Source of the DNA: a virus
Lineage: Duplodnaviria; Caudoviricetes
Virus record (IMG/VR): IMGVR_UViG_3300005611_001882
Location: 1-29,366 of that record
DNA: 29,366 nucleotides
Strand: one strand, 5' to 3'
In this document: positions 8,427 through 18,315 of the stretch, piece after piece
How the letters are laid out: each line of letters begins with the position of its first letter
Numbering within the stretch: position 1 is the first letter of the stretch
Notes under the pieces: generated by a model
Seen by the model: only the letters and a program-made list of their open reading frames with translations
Told to the model about the DNA's origin: nothing
The model's database searches: none
Position numbers and translations under genes: made by a program

Positions 8427-8746
8427 TGCCCTGGTACACTTGTGAGGATGTGGATTCTGGATGCGAGTCGATTCTGGAGTTCCAGATGAAGGACGTACCC
8501 AAAATCGGGGACGTTTTCAGCAGAAATGGCCGGACCTACCGACGTTTGGTTGAGCAGGACCAGCAGGCTAAGGCAAAAGCTGATGGGGCCTTCTGGAACT
8601 GGCAGGTAGCCCGAAATAGCGACGCGGCAGCCGACTGCGATTTTCGCAACGAAAAGGGCGTTCCCGGCTGGAAGAGCCGAGATTCGGCCCGGGAATGGTC
8701 TAAACGATGGAACGACAAAGGGCTGGACGCAGACTTTGATGGCTGA
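8426..8746 (+). CDS. small protein, degenerate FmdB-like zinc-ribbon
   Basis: MPWYTCEDVDSGCESILEFQMKD...TYRRLVE resembles MPxYxyxCxxCG..E. Position between portal and scaffold is common for this family. TGATG coupling. Confidence 0.55.
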   Translation: MPWYTCEDVDSGCESILEFQMKDVPKIGDVFSRNGRTYRRLVEQDQQAKAKADGAFWNWQVARNSDAAADCDFRNEKGVPGWKSRDSAREWSKRWNDKGLDADFDG

Positions 8747-8765
8747 TACACCAGGGGGTATCTAA

Positions 8766-9773
8766 ATGGAACAGAACAACGACATCGCAGAAGCCAACGA
8801 CTGGCTGAACAAGAATTCGGGGAACTACACGGAACGAAGCCTCGACGCGGCTGGGATATTTGTTGCGAGCCAAACCCCAGACGCTCCATCCGAGACGAAG
8901 GCTTCTAGCGCGGACAGCTCTTCCTCCCACCACAACGCGGAGCTGGACGCCTCTCGGATGAGCGGAGACAAAGCAGACTCTCCCCCTTCTGCCGAGTCTC
9001 CGCAGTACACGAAGGCTATGGAGGCCCTCCAAAGGGGGCTCCCCAAAGCCATTCGAGATAAGACCATTAGCACCATGAGCCGAGAGGAGATCCTTGAGGT
9101 TGGGATGCAAATGGCAGAAGACCAGGCTGAGCGCGATAGGCTCGGCTCTGAAATCGGACGCCTCAAAGAGGCGAAGGACTCTGACGGCAAAGGATCTGAG
9201 GACTCGGGCGAGGACACGGACGCCCCTGCACCCTCCGACAGCTCTCAAAACGGAGAGATGGACCTTTCTGCTGTCCTTGCACCCTTCGACCTAGAATTTG
9301 AAAGTGAGGATCTTCCGGCAGCGTTGGCCGCTGTAGCCAAGCACGTTGATTCACTTGCCCAAAGCCGCATTGGCGAGCTGGAGGGCATCGTGGCAGAGTT
9401 GCGAGGAGAGTCGGTCAGCAGGCAGCTTGAGGGGCGTTTCCCTCAACTGAGAGACCCGCAAAGGCTTCGAGAGGTACTTGAGAAGGCCCAGCAATACGAG
9501 CGAGTCGGTGACTTCGAATATACGCCGGGTGCAAATGCGGCGCAGAAGTTCCGCGAGCGAGTCGAGCTAGCCGCAGAAGTGCTCATCGGCCAAAGGGCGT
9601 CTTACAACAAAGTGCCTCTGGTTGAGCAGGGACAACCCCCTGCGCCCTCTAGGGCTTCCGTGTCGAGCGCGAAAGGTTATTCCAGCGAGCTAGATAAGGC
9701 GAATGCCTTCATCGAGACCTGGCAGGCAACCGGAGGCGACCGGGCGGCGGCTCAAAGGGCGTATCAGAGGTAG
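8766..9773 (+). CDS. capsid scaffolding protein (putative)
   Basis: Acidic, low-complexity and coiled-coil-like 335 aa immediately upstream of the major capsid gene. Confidence 0.7.
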   Translation: MEQNNDIAEANDWLNKNSGNYTERSLDAAGIFVASQTPDAPSETKASSADSSSSHHNAELDASRMSGDKADSPPSAESPQYTKAMEALQRGLPKAIRDKTISTMSREEILEVGMQMAEDQAERDRLGSEIGRLKEAKDSDGKGSEDSGEDTDAPAPSDSSQNGEMDLSAVLAPFDLEFESEDLPAALAAVAKHVDSLAQSRIGELEGIVAELRGESVSRQLEGRFPQLRDPQRLREVLEKAQQYERVGDFEYTPGANAAQKFRERVELAAEVLIGQRASYNKVPLVEQGQPPAPSRASVSSAKGYSSELDKANAFIETWQATGGDRAAAQRAYQR

Positions 9774-9776
9774 GTC

Positions 9777-9793
9777 TCGGGGTAGACCCCCGA
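9777..9793 (+). other. short GC hairpin (TCGGGG-tagac-CCCCGA) between scaffold and major capsid genes
   Basis: 6-bp inverted repeat read directly. No U-tract, so possibly an mRNA stability element. Confidence 0.35.
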
Positions 9794-9812
9794 CAACCCA
9801 TCTAAACTCCTT

Positions 9813-11045
9813 ATGGACCTCTTTGCTGACTTCCTCGTTTCGACCGGGGAGAATGACTTTGACGCAGAAGGTGGCCTGACCAACCTTCTTACCCGAAAGG
9901 GATACATGCTGAAGCTGCTACTTCGCGGCTCGGCTGGGTTCACGACGCTTCAGGGCGGGCAGAAGATTCGCGGCGATGTGATGATCCGAGAGATCAGCAC
10001 GGCGCGGAACTACAAGCCTCGTGAGAAGCAGAGCTGGCCCGATCCCCAGGTGCTCGACAACTGGGAAATCCCGTGGCGCTTCACCGTGGATCACATGGCT
10101 TGGTCGGACCACGAGATGGTGCTCAACCAGCCCGGTGGCGGTACGCAACAGTTTGTGGACATGCGGAAGAAGCTGAAGATGCGCTGCGTCACCAGCCTCG
10201 CGCACTTCATGGAAGACCAATGCTGGGCGCTTCCCGTTCACGCGGACATGGAGGCGTTCTCCGGCAAGGTGCCGAACAGCCTTGCGCTATTCTGCAACGA
10301 GCTGGAAGGCTCAGCAGGCACCAACCACGGCCTCTACTACAGCTACCGCACCGCTGGCGGCGGCAACAACGAGGTCATGGGGCTGTCCAAGACGACCTAC
10401 GGACCCACTTGGGACAACGCCCGTAAGGGCTACGCTCGCGTTGGGGCGCTCACTAGTGGCTCGGGAACGCACCTGTTTGAGGCGTTCGACGACATCGTGC
10501 TTGAGTGCAACATCCAGCAACTCCCCGGCCCTGATGGCGCGTCGAATAGCCCTGCCATGAGCACCCACAACGTCGCTGTAACCAACAAGAAAGGTTACAC
10601 GAACTTTATGGCGGCTCTTCGGGTCAACCAAGATTGGTTCCGCATGGACGCTCAAGATCCGGCTTACCCCGGTCCTAAGTTCAACGGCATCCAGCTTGTC
10701 TACATCCCGACGCTCGACACGGCTCCGATCTACCCGACTGCTGCTAACGCGGCATATGGCGCGGAGACGGCCTACTCGACCTGGGACGACACCACCAACA
10801 CCTCGGCATACGATTCCGACGCCGGAACGGACACCGCAGACAACGATGGCCCGCGCTATCACGTTATCGACTTTGACTGGCTCCACAAGGGATTCCACTC
10901 GGCTCGATACTTCAAGATGCTGGGTCGGAAAGATCCTAGCAACCAAGTTGCTGACCACATTGTCCCGGTGGACAACTGGCACAACAACTTCTGCCGCGAC
11001 TTCCGCCGTCAAGGCTGCATCTACCCCATCGCATCTCTCGCCTAG
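9813..11045 (+). CDS. major capsid protein (HK97 fold)
   Basis: 410 aa after the scaffold. QGGQKI, IPWRF, EMVLN, TWDN, FNGIQL and NNFCRDFRRQG match a common podoviral MCP pattern. C-ending codons are frequent, as in a highly expressed gene. Confidence 0.85.
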   Translation: MDLFADFLVSTGENDFDAEGGLTNLLTRKGYMLKLLLRGSAGFTTLQGGQKIRGDVMIREISTARNYKPREKQSWPDPQVLDNWEIPWRFTVDHMAWSDHEMVLNQPGGGTQQFVDMRKKLKMRCVTSLAHFMEDQCWALPVHADMEAFSGKVPNSLALFCNELEGSAGTNHGLYYSYRTAGGGNNEVMGLSKTTYGPTWDNARKGYARVGALTSGSGTHLFEAFDDIVLECNIQQLPGPDGASNSPAMSTHNVAVTNKKGYTNFMAALRVNQDWFRMDAQDPAYPGPKFNGIQLVYIPTLDTAPIYPTAANAAYGAETAYSTWDDTTNTSAYDSDAGTDTADNDGPRYHVIDFDWLHKGFHSARYFKMLGRKDPSNQVADHIVPVDNWHNNFCRDFRRQGCIYPIASLA

Positions 11046-11075
11046 TCAGGCGTACAAGACACAAGAGAATCAGAC

Positions 11076-11798
11076 ATGAGTCACATGCTGACCCCCGACG
11101 TAGGCGTGATGCCTCCGCTCCAAGATCCTTCCAAGGTGACTGGCGCGACAATCGTGCCTGTTTTGCCCCACGCTTCCGTGGACCTTGTTGAGGGCGATGT
11201 AATTGCCCTCAATCCGAGTGGTTCCGCTGCAACGACCTATTCAGCCTTCAATCCGTTTGATTGCGAAGTGTTCACGGCGCTAACACCCGCCAACGACACA
11301 GCAACGGAACAGGGCGCTTGGCAACAAGCGAGAACGCACGCAATTATGCTTACTTCGCTCAATTCTGCCTCTAACGGCGGCGAATTGGGGTACGCATGTG
11401 TGCGCGGACTCTGCATGGCGAACGTAGCTCCGACCTCAACGACGATTTCGAAGAACCACGGACTCTTCATTCCCGGCGGATCTGTAACGCTTGACCATAT
11501 TGAAGATGCCGGAAACGGGTCTCGTGTGCGGATTGTTGCTATCTCCCGCTACACCGGGACCGTTGCCGGAGCTGCGACGGCCAAGATCCCCGTGTTCTTT
11601 GATGGCGTCAACGGCATGATCGGTACTGTAGCTGCACCTGTAGCCGTCACCGCTCTGACCGACAATTCAGGAGGTACGGCAAACGGCACGCTAGAAGTCA
11701 TCGGCGCATCCTATAGCCAGTCCGAAATTGCCAACAACTTTGCGGATGTTGCGGCGAAGATCAACGGGATCATCACCGCGCTTGGCCTCGGCTCCTAA
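11076..11798 (+). CDS. capsid decoration / head-fibre-like protein
   Basis: Follows the MCP. LVEGDVIAL and GYACVRGL are cement-like. C-terminal ALTDNSGGTA...NNFADVAAKINGIITALG is fibre-like. Confidence 0.6.
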   Translation: MSHMLTPDVGVMPPLQDPSKVTGATIVPVLPHASVDLVEGDVIALNPSGSAATTYSAFNPFDCEVFTALTPANDTATEQGAWQQARTHAIMLTSLNSASNGGELGYACVRGLCMANVAPTSTTISKNHGLFIPGGSVTLDHIEDAGNGSRVRIVAISRYTGTVAGAATAKIPVFFDGVNGMIGTVAAPVAVTALTDNSGGTANGTLEVIGASYSQSEIANNFADVAAKINGIITALGLGS

Positions 11799-11808
11799 TC
11801 TTATGCGT

Positions 11809-11835
11809 CCCAGGGTGGCCTAGCGCCGCCCTGGG
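11809..11835 (+). terminator. strong hairpin CCCAGGGTGGC-ctagc-GCCGCCCTGGG after the capsid genes (weak terminator or stability element)
   Basis: 11-bp stem with one G:U at the capsid-to-tail gene boundary. No clear poly-U. Confidence 0.45.
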
Positions 11836-11861
11836 TGTACCCCTACAAATTGGAGGGCGCG

Positions 11862-12617
11862 ATGATGCAGCTAAAAGTCGTGGATCTGATCCGTGACGTA
11901 AAGATGGCCACCAATCTCGAAGAGGCTAGCGCGTGGACCTCTCAAGTTGAGATTGTCGAGCAGGCCCTCCAAGTGTTCGACTCCATGCATTCGTGGGACT
12001 TTCTCACGGGTGCGGATGTGACGCTCGACACGGTGGCGCTTCAGCCTTGGGTCGTTCTGCCGGAAGACTTCCGCGACCTAGAAGATGTCGAGCTGTCCGG
12101 CGACTCCCCTCGGTGGGTTGAGGCCGTCACGCGAGCGCGGATGACGCAGCTCCGCTCTTACGACACGCCCCTGAACACGCAGTACGCAGGCTATTACTAC
12201 TGCATCACCCAGGAGATTCGAGCTGTGGGCGGTGGGCTGGAGTCTCGCTTAGAGCTGTTCCCTGCCCCTAGTGAGACAGCGGTGGGCGTGTTTCGCATCC
12301 GGTATCGGCGCTCTCTGGCTGTTCTTGCCTCCACTTCTCCAGACACAGCCTATGTCCGGGTGCCTCCCTTCTGCGTCCCGGCTCTACGCGAGCTGGTCAG
12401 GCTTGTAGCCAAAGGTATTGAGGAAGCCGATCCAGAGGACGGCGGTGCTCCCCTCTATCAGCGTTACGAAGGCTTTCGCCGTAGCGGACTGATTCTTGAT
12501 GCCATGTCGGCAGACGGGGCTTCTCAACCGATTCTCGGACCCCTTGAAGGAGGAGCTGCCGAGATCGCAACTCTCGACACGCATTGGTGGGATACCGCCA
12601 TTGACCAACCTTCCTGA
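11862..12617 (+). CDS. head-tail adaptor protein (putative)
   Basis: GGAGG at 11852. HSWDFL, LPEDF and LELFPAP...IRY are typical of podoviral adaptors. Position fits. Confidence 0.7.
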   Translation: MMQLKVVDLIRDVKMATNLEEASAWTSQVEIVEQALQVFDSMHSWDFLTGADVTLDTVALQPWVVLPEDFRDLEDVELSGDSPRWVEAVTRARMTQLRSYDTPLNTQYAGYYYCITQEIRAVGGGLESRLELFPAPSETAVGVFRIRYRRSLAVLASTSPDTAYVRVPPFCVPALRELVRLVAKGIEEADPEDGGAPLYQRYEGFRRSGLILDAMSADGASQPILGPLEGGAAEIATLDTHWWDTAIDQPS

Positions 12618-15600
12618 TGGCACGCTTCCCTCTTCCCTGGCCTTATCTTGGCGTCAGCGAGTTTCGGGCACACGCAGATCAGCCTGAGCTTTCTACTTCC
12701 AGCTCCTTCAACTGCCGAACCCTGATTGGCGACACGCTACGCCACCAGGGCGGGCAAAGGTCCGGCTGGTCAAACTTTACTTCTGCTCCGATGGAGCCCG
12801 GAAAGCATGTAGACGCTCTTGTCGCATGCACGGTGGACTTGCCGAAGGTCGAGTTCACGGGGCCGGATGCAAAAGGGCCGGAGTTCGTTTGGGGAGACAT
12901 CAGCCCCGGAAAGAGGGCTTGCCTCGACATACAGATTGGCCGCAATGGCGACATCTTTGTCCTAGATGAGAATGGGACGTTCCGCCGACTAGGGCCAGAC
13001 GGGAAGACTCAAACGAAGGTCAGCTTCTACGTTCCCTACCAAGAAGTGGTAGTCCCGCGCATCGAGCTGGACTCATCTGGAAACGTTTATGTGGCATCGT
13101 CGCACCCTGACGGGTACTCAAGCCGTGTCTATCGCTATGAGCGAATTGAGCCGGAAGATGATGCAGACCGCGTTTTCTACAACAAGAGCTGGAACTGGGC
13201 AGGAGCCTGGGGAATTCGCGACTTCCGGGTTTCCGGCGGCTCGCTTTACTTGTCGCGGTATTTCTCAGCATTCTCTCCAGAAATCACCCCTGCTGACCTT
13301 CAGGTTGTTGGACAACTATCCTTGACGACTCCAACACTCCTTTATGCGTCAGCAACCCCCGGGCCTGTATCAACCATTGCGGTAAACGATCAAGGGGAGG
13401 TGCTTGTCTCATGCAAAGCAAACGACAGACGCACACAGATTCTTGGGGATGAGGAATGGAATGTTCCTGTTGTTGCATGGTCCCCACACGAAATCGAAGA
13501 TGTAGCAGGATATCTTGCAGCAAGAAGGCTACACGCATGGGTAGATGCCCACACGCTATTAGATACGCATATTGACGGCTCCTTTGTGTCGTTTTGGAGA
13601 GATCGGCGTTGGGTCGATACGTCCCTGGACCTTTCTACAACAACTGCGATATCAGAAAGCGATGGAGTTGCTGTCCCATCGGGCGTTCTTAGTTACATCC
13701 CGCCAACGGACACACAGGCTAGACCCGTCGTAAGGCTTCAAATAGATCCTGATCCCGATTCCCCCCCGCCTGTATTTTTCAAGCCCCAAGGAGCTGGCAG
13801 TAGTCCGGCTGTAGAGTTTTCTGGTGGCAGCCTGCAACTCATGGGGAATGGTGGCGCGGGTGGACTCGTCAAAACGGATACAGACGGAGACGGCTTCCCT
13901 AATGACGACGGATTGCTGCCCCTAGACCGTCGATCTATCCCGTCAGGTCCGTCACAAACTTGGGCAAAGTTTTTTGTTGTTCGCATCAACCCAAGGTCCG
14001 ACAGGTCAGAAGGGCTTTGGCAATTCAACGGAAAGCTAGACGGGCAACTTTTGTTGGCTGTAAACGGATCTAAATCGCAAATATACGGCGGTGATTCATT
14101 GGGGGCTACGGAGGGAGCAATCACGTTTGCTGTAACGACCTGGGAGGGGAATCCGAAGTGCGAAAACGCAACCGGGACAGCAGGCGGGACATACAGAATT
14201 GCTTCGTGCGACCTACTCAATGACGGCACGGACTATGGAACAAACCCATACGACGTTCAAAAGGACTTCAAGAATCCGCAAAACATTGCAATCATCTGCA
14301 TTAGCAATGACGGGTCCGTATCTTATCCCGGCGTATTGTCTAGCCCTGCGACTTATGGGACCAGCCTATTTAGAGTCAATGGAAGGACGGTAGATAGGTT
14401 TTCTATGGTCCCAGACGTTTTGGGAGATGGAGGGCAGGAGTATCTTGGCTCATCTTCTGCCACTTGGACTCCATCTAGCACGCTAGACAACAAAGACCAA
14501 ATACCACTTGGCGCGTTCAGGGGTCAGGTGTTGGAGCAAATAACCATTTTGGGGTCTACTGCGGTCTCAACGAAGCCCAACCAAGTTGGTGTTTCGTGGC
14601 CTGGAAAGCCGTCCGGTGCTCTTGCTCCGGCAGCTCCCGGGGCAGCACACTCCTATACGGACATGTCTTTATCCTTCACAACGTACTTTGTTGATCCGCA
14701 GGCATACACGAATTTCGCCAGCGAGATTGAACGCATGGAAGGGTACTTGGCGCACAAGTGGGGCGTAGATCATGTTCTTCCAGGCGGCATGACTATGTCT
14801 ATATCAGGCGCCTTTCAAAATAGACACCCTTTTGGAAGGGATGCATCAAACTCCCCAGTTCCTCCTGTTGGATCACCTGTTGCTGGCGGATATGTACCTG
14901 GGCCTTCCGCCTCTGCGCTGTCGTCTCCAAAAGAGCTTTTGCTGAAGCTAGGAGCAAATGGAGAGGTTACTTGGGCAATCGACGGCGGTGGGCACGGCCT
15001 TGGCGTGGCTTCAGGAACCGACGGGGCAGTTTTCGCCATGGGCAGTCACGACAAAGTTGCCGGGTCTGTCGTGGTCGCAAAGCGCATCAAAGACTTAGGT
15101 AGTCAGGTCGTAACGTCTGGTGAGGGCACATGGGAGATTGAAGACGTTCGCGAACCTACTAGTAAGCCTGTCTATGGTGCCTCCGTAGATGATGCAAACA
15201 ACTTATATTGGCCGAGGCGAATTGCCCCATACGAAGTTCGTCAACAGTTTCCAACCAACGTGCTTGTTTCCCAGGTCTTTAGGACTGGGGCGTATAGCGT
15301 TGTGAAGCGTGAATATGTTTTTTCAACTGCGCCACTTACGCAGCCACTCGCTGGCTCTGGAATCGTAAGGGTTGCACTTGGACCTACAGCCTCGAAGTCC
15401 CTGCAAAATCTAGCGGCTGCGATCAATTTGAAGGAGAATGGCGGGAGTGACGAGGCTTATTATCGAGAGGCTCTTCTTGATGGCCCGGATAAATATGTTT
15501 CAGGCGCATATGAAACAGAATCGGGCTCTGATTACTTCCGTTGGAAGCACCGAGGATTCAATGGGCTCGCCAAGCTCGTATCAGGATCGACTACAGCTTA

Positions 15601-17260
15601 CCCATACACAGAGCTTCCACCCGACACGCTTATTCTGTTCCCGACTTGGAACATCGAGTTCGGAGGAGACTCGACCTCTCGGCTAGAAATGCGCTCAGCA
15701 GAGGATGGACGTTTGGTGTGGGAGCGGTTGGTAGATTCCGGCAACTCGGGCGGCGCAGAGAGTCTTGCGTGTGCTCTAGACCCCAACCTCCCTCTATATC
15801 CCAACGGTTCTCCGCTAGAGGGCATTCCTGAGTATGTCTACTCGGCCAGGAGGGAGAACGTAGACCAGTTGGGGGAGCTTATTGAAAACCCCGACAACTA
15901 CACCCTTGAGAAGGTCCGTCAGGTACACAGAAAGCAGATCATCGGGAAAGACCTGTCTCCGAGGAAGACGTTCCTCGTCGGTGCTTCTGGGGGGAAGCTG
16001 TTCTCTGTTCGGAAAGGCGCGAAACCCAGCGCGTACACATCCTCTATCGGTCTTTTGTCTGACGGCTCTCCCTTCACCGGGCTCCTGACCTATCGCCAGA
16101 AGGTCTATGGCTTTGACGGGATGAAGTACGTTGTCTTCGACCCCAAGACAGGCAAGGCAGAAGAGTGGAAGGCAGATGGAGCTGGCGAGATACCGTTTGG
16201 GGCCAAGCTGGGCTGTGTGTGGAATGGCCGCATCGTACTAGCCAGAACCCCAGACGATCCCCACAACCTCTACATGAGTGAGCGCGGGAACCCTCTTGGG
16301 TGGGATCGAAGCCCCCCTGTCCTGACTCCCCTATCCGCGTGGTCCGGCGACAGCTCAGGAACGCTTCACTTCAAGGCACATGGGCTGGTGAACTGCCTCA
16401 TTCCCCTTCGGGATGACCTACTGTTGGTGGGGCAAGACAGCGCCGTTCATAGGCTGACGGGAGACCCTGGAGGGCAGGGCCAGCTCGACCTTCTGATGGA
16501 AGGAGAAGGGTTGGCATTCGGTCGATGCTGGGCGCAAGGCCCCGGCGGCACGGCCTACGCAAAAGGGACCAACGGAGGAATCTGGCGGTTCCGGGGCGAT
16601 GGCTCCTTTGATCGAATTTCTCTAGGTTGGGTTGAGAAGCGTCTCCAAGAGATCAACTTGGCCTACTACGACGTAGAGATGGCATGGGACTTCCGCCAGG
16701 AGGGACTCGTTGTTGTTGTGGTCCCCAAGGATGTCGGGGGCCGGATTGTCGAGCACTTCTTCTGGGACGGCCTGAATGAGTCGTGGTGGCCGGATCGCTT
16801 CTCTGATGCGTCCCTCCAGCCGACTTGCATCAGCACGCTCGACGCCGACTCCGCTGACGATAGAGTCGTCATCATTGGCTGTGAAGATGGGTATGTGCGC
16901 TATTCCAACCCAGAGGATGCGAACGACGGAGGCCAAAGGATCGTCTCTGAGGTCGTACTCGGCCCCTACAACCTCAAAGGACAGGGGCGGGTCTCTCTCA
17001 GCAAGCTCGAAATGGTGCTCGCGTCACGGTACGAAGGGTGCCTTGTAGAGGTCTTTGCAACAGATGTCGCAGACTTTGGTGCAGCCGGATCGCCCGTGTA
17101 TTCGGGAGAAATCTCCTCTGGGTATGTCGGTTGGCTTGCAGCGCGAGCCACGGGCAATCACCTGTGGATCAAGCTCTCCAATGGAGCCCAGGATGAGCGT
17201 TGGGCTCTTGAAGAGGCAACCATGATTGGGCGGCGAGCTGGGCGCAGAAGGGTGCGCTAA
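12617..17260 (+). CDS. tail nozzle/stabilisation protein (P22 gp10/T7 gp12-like position) with beta-propeller segments and an inserted ConA/LamG-like lectin domain
   Basis: 1547 aa after the adaptor. C-terminal GCVWNGRIVLA..DDPHNLYMS..GNPLGW is nozzle-like. The insert carries LHAWVDA...DGSFVSFWRD and FRGQVLEQI...ERMEGYLAHKWG. Confidence 0.7.
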   Translation: MARFPLPWPYLGVSEFRAHADQPELSTSSSFNCRTLIGDTLRHQGGQRSGWSNFTSAPMEPGKHVDALVACTVDLPKVEFTGPDAKGPEFVWGDISPGKRACLDIQIGRNGDIFVLDENGTFRRLGPDGKTQTKVSFYVPYQEVVVPRIELDSSGNVYVASSHPDGYSSRVYRYERIEPEDDADRVFYNKSWNWAGAWGIRDFRVSGGSLYLSRYFSAFSPEITPADLQVVGQLSLTTPTLLYASATPGPVSTIAVNDQGEVLVSCKANDRRTQILGDEEWNVPVVAWSPHEIEDVAGYLAARRLHAWVDAHTLLDTHIDGSFVSFWRDRRWVDTSLDLSTTTAISESDGVAVPSGVLSYIPPTDTQARPVVRLQIDPDPDSPPPVFFKPQGAGSSPAVEFSGGSLQLMGNGGAGGLVKTDTDGDGFPNDDGLLPLDRRSIPSGPSQTWAKFFVVRINPRSDRSEGLWQFNGKLDGQLLLAVNGSKSQIYGGDSLGATEGAITFAVTTWEGNPKCENATGTAGGTYRIASCDLLNDGTDYGTNPYDVQKDFKNPQNIAIICISNDGSVSYPGVLSSPATYGTSLFRVNGRTVDRFSMVPDVLGDGGQEYLGSSSATWTPSSTLDNKDQIPLGAFRGQVLEQITILGSTAVSTKPNQVGVSWPGKPSGALAPAAPGAAHSYTDMSLSFTTYFVDPQAYTNFASEIERMEGYLAHKWGVDHVLPGGMTMSISGAFQNRHPFGRDASNSPVPPVGSPVAGGYVPGPSASALSSPKELLLKLGANGEVTWAIDGGGHGLGVASGTDGAVFAMGSHDKVAGSVVVAKRIKDLGSQVVTSGEGTWEIEDVREPTSKPVYGASVDDANNLYWPRRIAPYEVRQQFPTNVLVSQVFRTGAYSVVKREYVFSTAPLTQPLAGSGIVRVALGPTASKSLQNLAAAINLKENGGSDEAYYREALLDGPDKYVSGAYETESGSDYFRWKHRGFNGLAKLVSGSTTAYPYTELPPDTLILFPTWNIEFGGDSTSRLEMRSAEDGRLVWERLVDSGNSGGAESLACALDPNLPLYPNGSPLEGIPEYVYSARRENVDQLGELIENPDNYTLEKVRQVHRKQIIGKDLSPRKTFLVGASGGKLFSVRKGAKPSAYTSSIGLLSDGSPFTGLLTYRQKVYGFDGMKYVVFDPKTGKAEEWKADGAGEIPFGAKLGCVWNGRIVLARTPDDPHNLYMSERGNPLGWDRSPPVLTPLSAWSGDSSGTLHFKAHGLVNCLIPLRDDLLLVGQDSAVHRLTGDPGGQGQLDLLMEGEGLAFGRCWAQGPGGTAYAKGTNGGIWRFRGDGSFDRISLGWVEKRLQEINLAYYDVEMAWDFRQEGLVVVVVPKDVGGRIVEHFFWDGLNESWWPDRFSDASLQPTCISTLDADSADDRVVIIGCEDGYVRYSNPEDANDGGQRIVSEVVLGPYNLKGQGRVSLSKLEMVLASRYEGCLVEVFATDVADFGAAGSPVYSGEISSGYVGWLAARATGNHLWIKLSNGAQDERWALEEATMIGRRAGRRRVR

Positions 17261-17658
17261 TGGCCCGGAAAACCGTTCAGCAGGGAACAGGCAGGCTTTC
17301 CACTTCTCTTGGGGTATCCGATCCCCGCATGAGGAGAAGTGCCGACTCTTCTCAGAACCCAGAGCAATACCTGGGCAAGACGCTGCGAATGAGCCGATCC
17401 GGGCGCATCGAGGTACGGCCAGCGACTCGAATCGCTCCGCATTCGGTTACAGTAGAAGCGATGAGCAGCATCGTGGCAGACGGAAATGGCAGCTCTGTGG
17501 CGACCCTGACGGCCTCCCACAACGAGCTGGTATCCGAGCATCGAACGCTTGTTTCAGCGCATAACGCTCTCTTAGAGGAGCATCGAGCCCTCTCGGGCAG
17601 GTTGAGTGAGCTTCTCCTTGCCATGGAGAAAGCCGGATTCCTTGGTAACGCCACATGA
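17260..17658 (+). CDS. small coiled-coil virion protein (needle/fibre-like, putative)
   Basis: Heptads HNELVSE/HRTLVSA/HNALLEE/HRALSGR. TAATG coupling to the tail gene. Confidence 0.55.
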   Translation: MARKTVQQGTGRLSTSLGVSDPRMRRSADSSQNPEQYLGKTLRMSRSGRIEVRPATRIAPHSVTVEAMSSIVADGNGSSVATLTASHNELVSEHRTLVSAHNALLEEHRALSGRLSELLLAMEKAGFLGNAT

Positions 17659-17673
17659 AAGAGGTGAAGTGAT

Positions 17674-18315
17674 ATGTGGGGAGCAGCACTAGCGATTGCA
17701 GGATCTTCCGTTCTCGGAGGCATCATGCAGGAAAAGGCCCAGAAGAAGGCTGATGCCGCTAACCAGGCGGCGATCAAGCAGGGAATGGGCTTCATCGACC
17801 AAGGCGTTTCCCAGGCCGAGGGCGCAAACGCCAAGGCGCTTCAAGCAGCCAAGCAGGGTTTCGCTGACGCCACCAAAAGCGTCGGAATCCTTGGTCAGGG
17901 TGCTCGGAGACGCCTATTGCGACGCGAGAAGCAACGACTAGGCGCTTCGGACGCCGAGGCAGCCAACCGTGGCCTGTACGCCTCCACAGGGGCTATGGGA
18001 GCCCGCAGGGCCATTCAGGCCGACACGGACCTGAGCCTTTCCGCTGTAGACGAGGCGCTCGCCCAAATTCACTCCGGCTTGTATAGGGACAGGGGGATGG
18101 CCCTGTCGTCGGTGCATCTAGCTCGACAAAACCTGTATGGAGCTGCGGCAGCAGCTAAAGCCAACCTCGCGACAAGCATCATTCACCAAGCCGCCCCAAT
18201 TGGAGCAGCTCTTGGTCAAGCTGGTGGCAGCCTTGCCCAACTTCTGATGATGTACGGAAGCAGCAATGGTGGTGGGTCGAGCAAGTTCTCCGGTGCCTCC
18301 GAAGGGGTCTTCTAA
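17674..18315 (+). CDS. DNA ejection/internal virion protein (P22 gp7-like position)
   Basis: GAGGTG RBS. N-terminal WGAALAIAGSSVLGG, Ala/Gly/Gln-rich. Confidence 0.65.
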   Translation: MWGAALAIAGSSVLGGIMQEKAQKKADAANQAAIKQGMGFIDQGVSQAEGANAKALQAAKQGFADATKSVGILGQGARRRLLRREKQRLGASDAEAANRGLYASTGAMGARRAIQADTDLSLSAVDEALAQIHSGLYRDRGMALSSVHLARQNLYGAAAAAKANLATSIIHQAAPIGAALGQAGGSLAQLLMMYGSSNGGGSSKFSGASEGVF

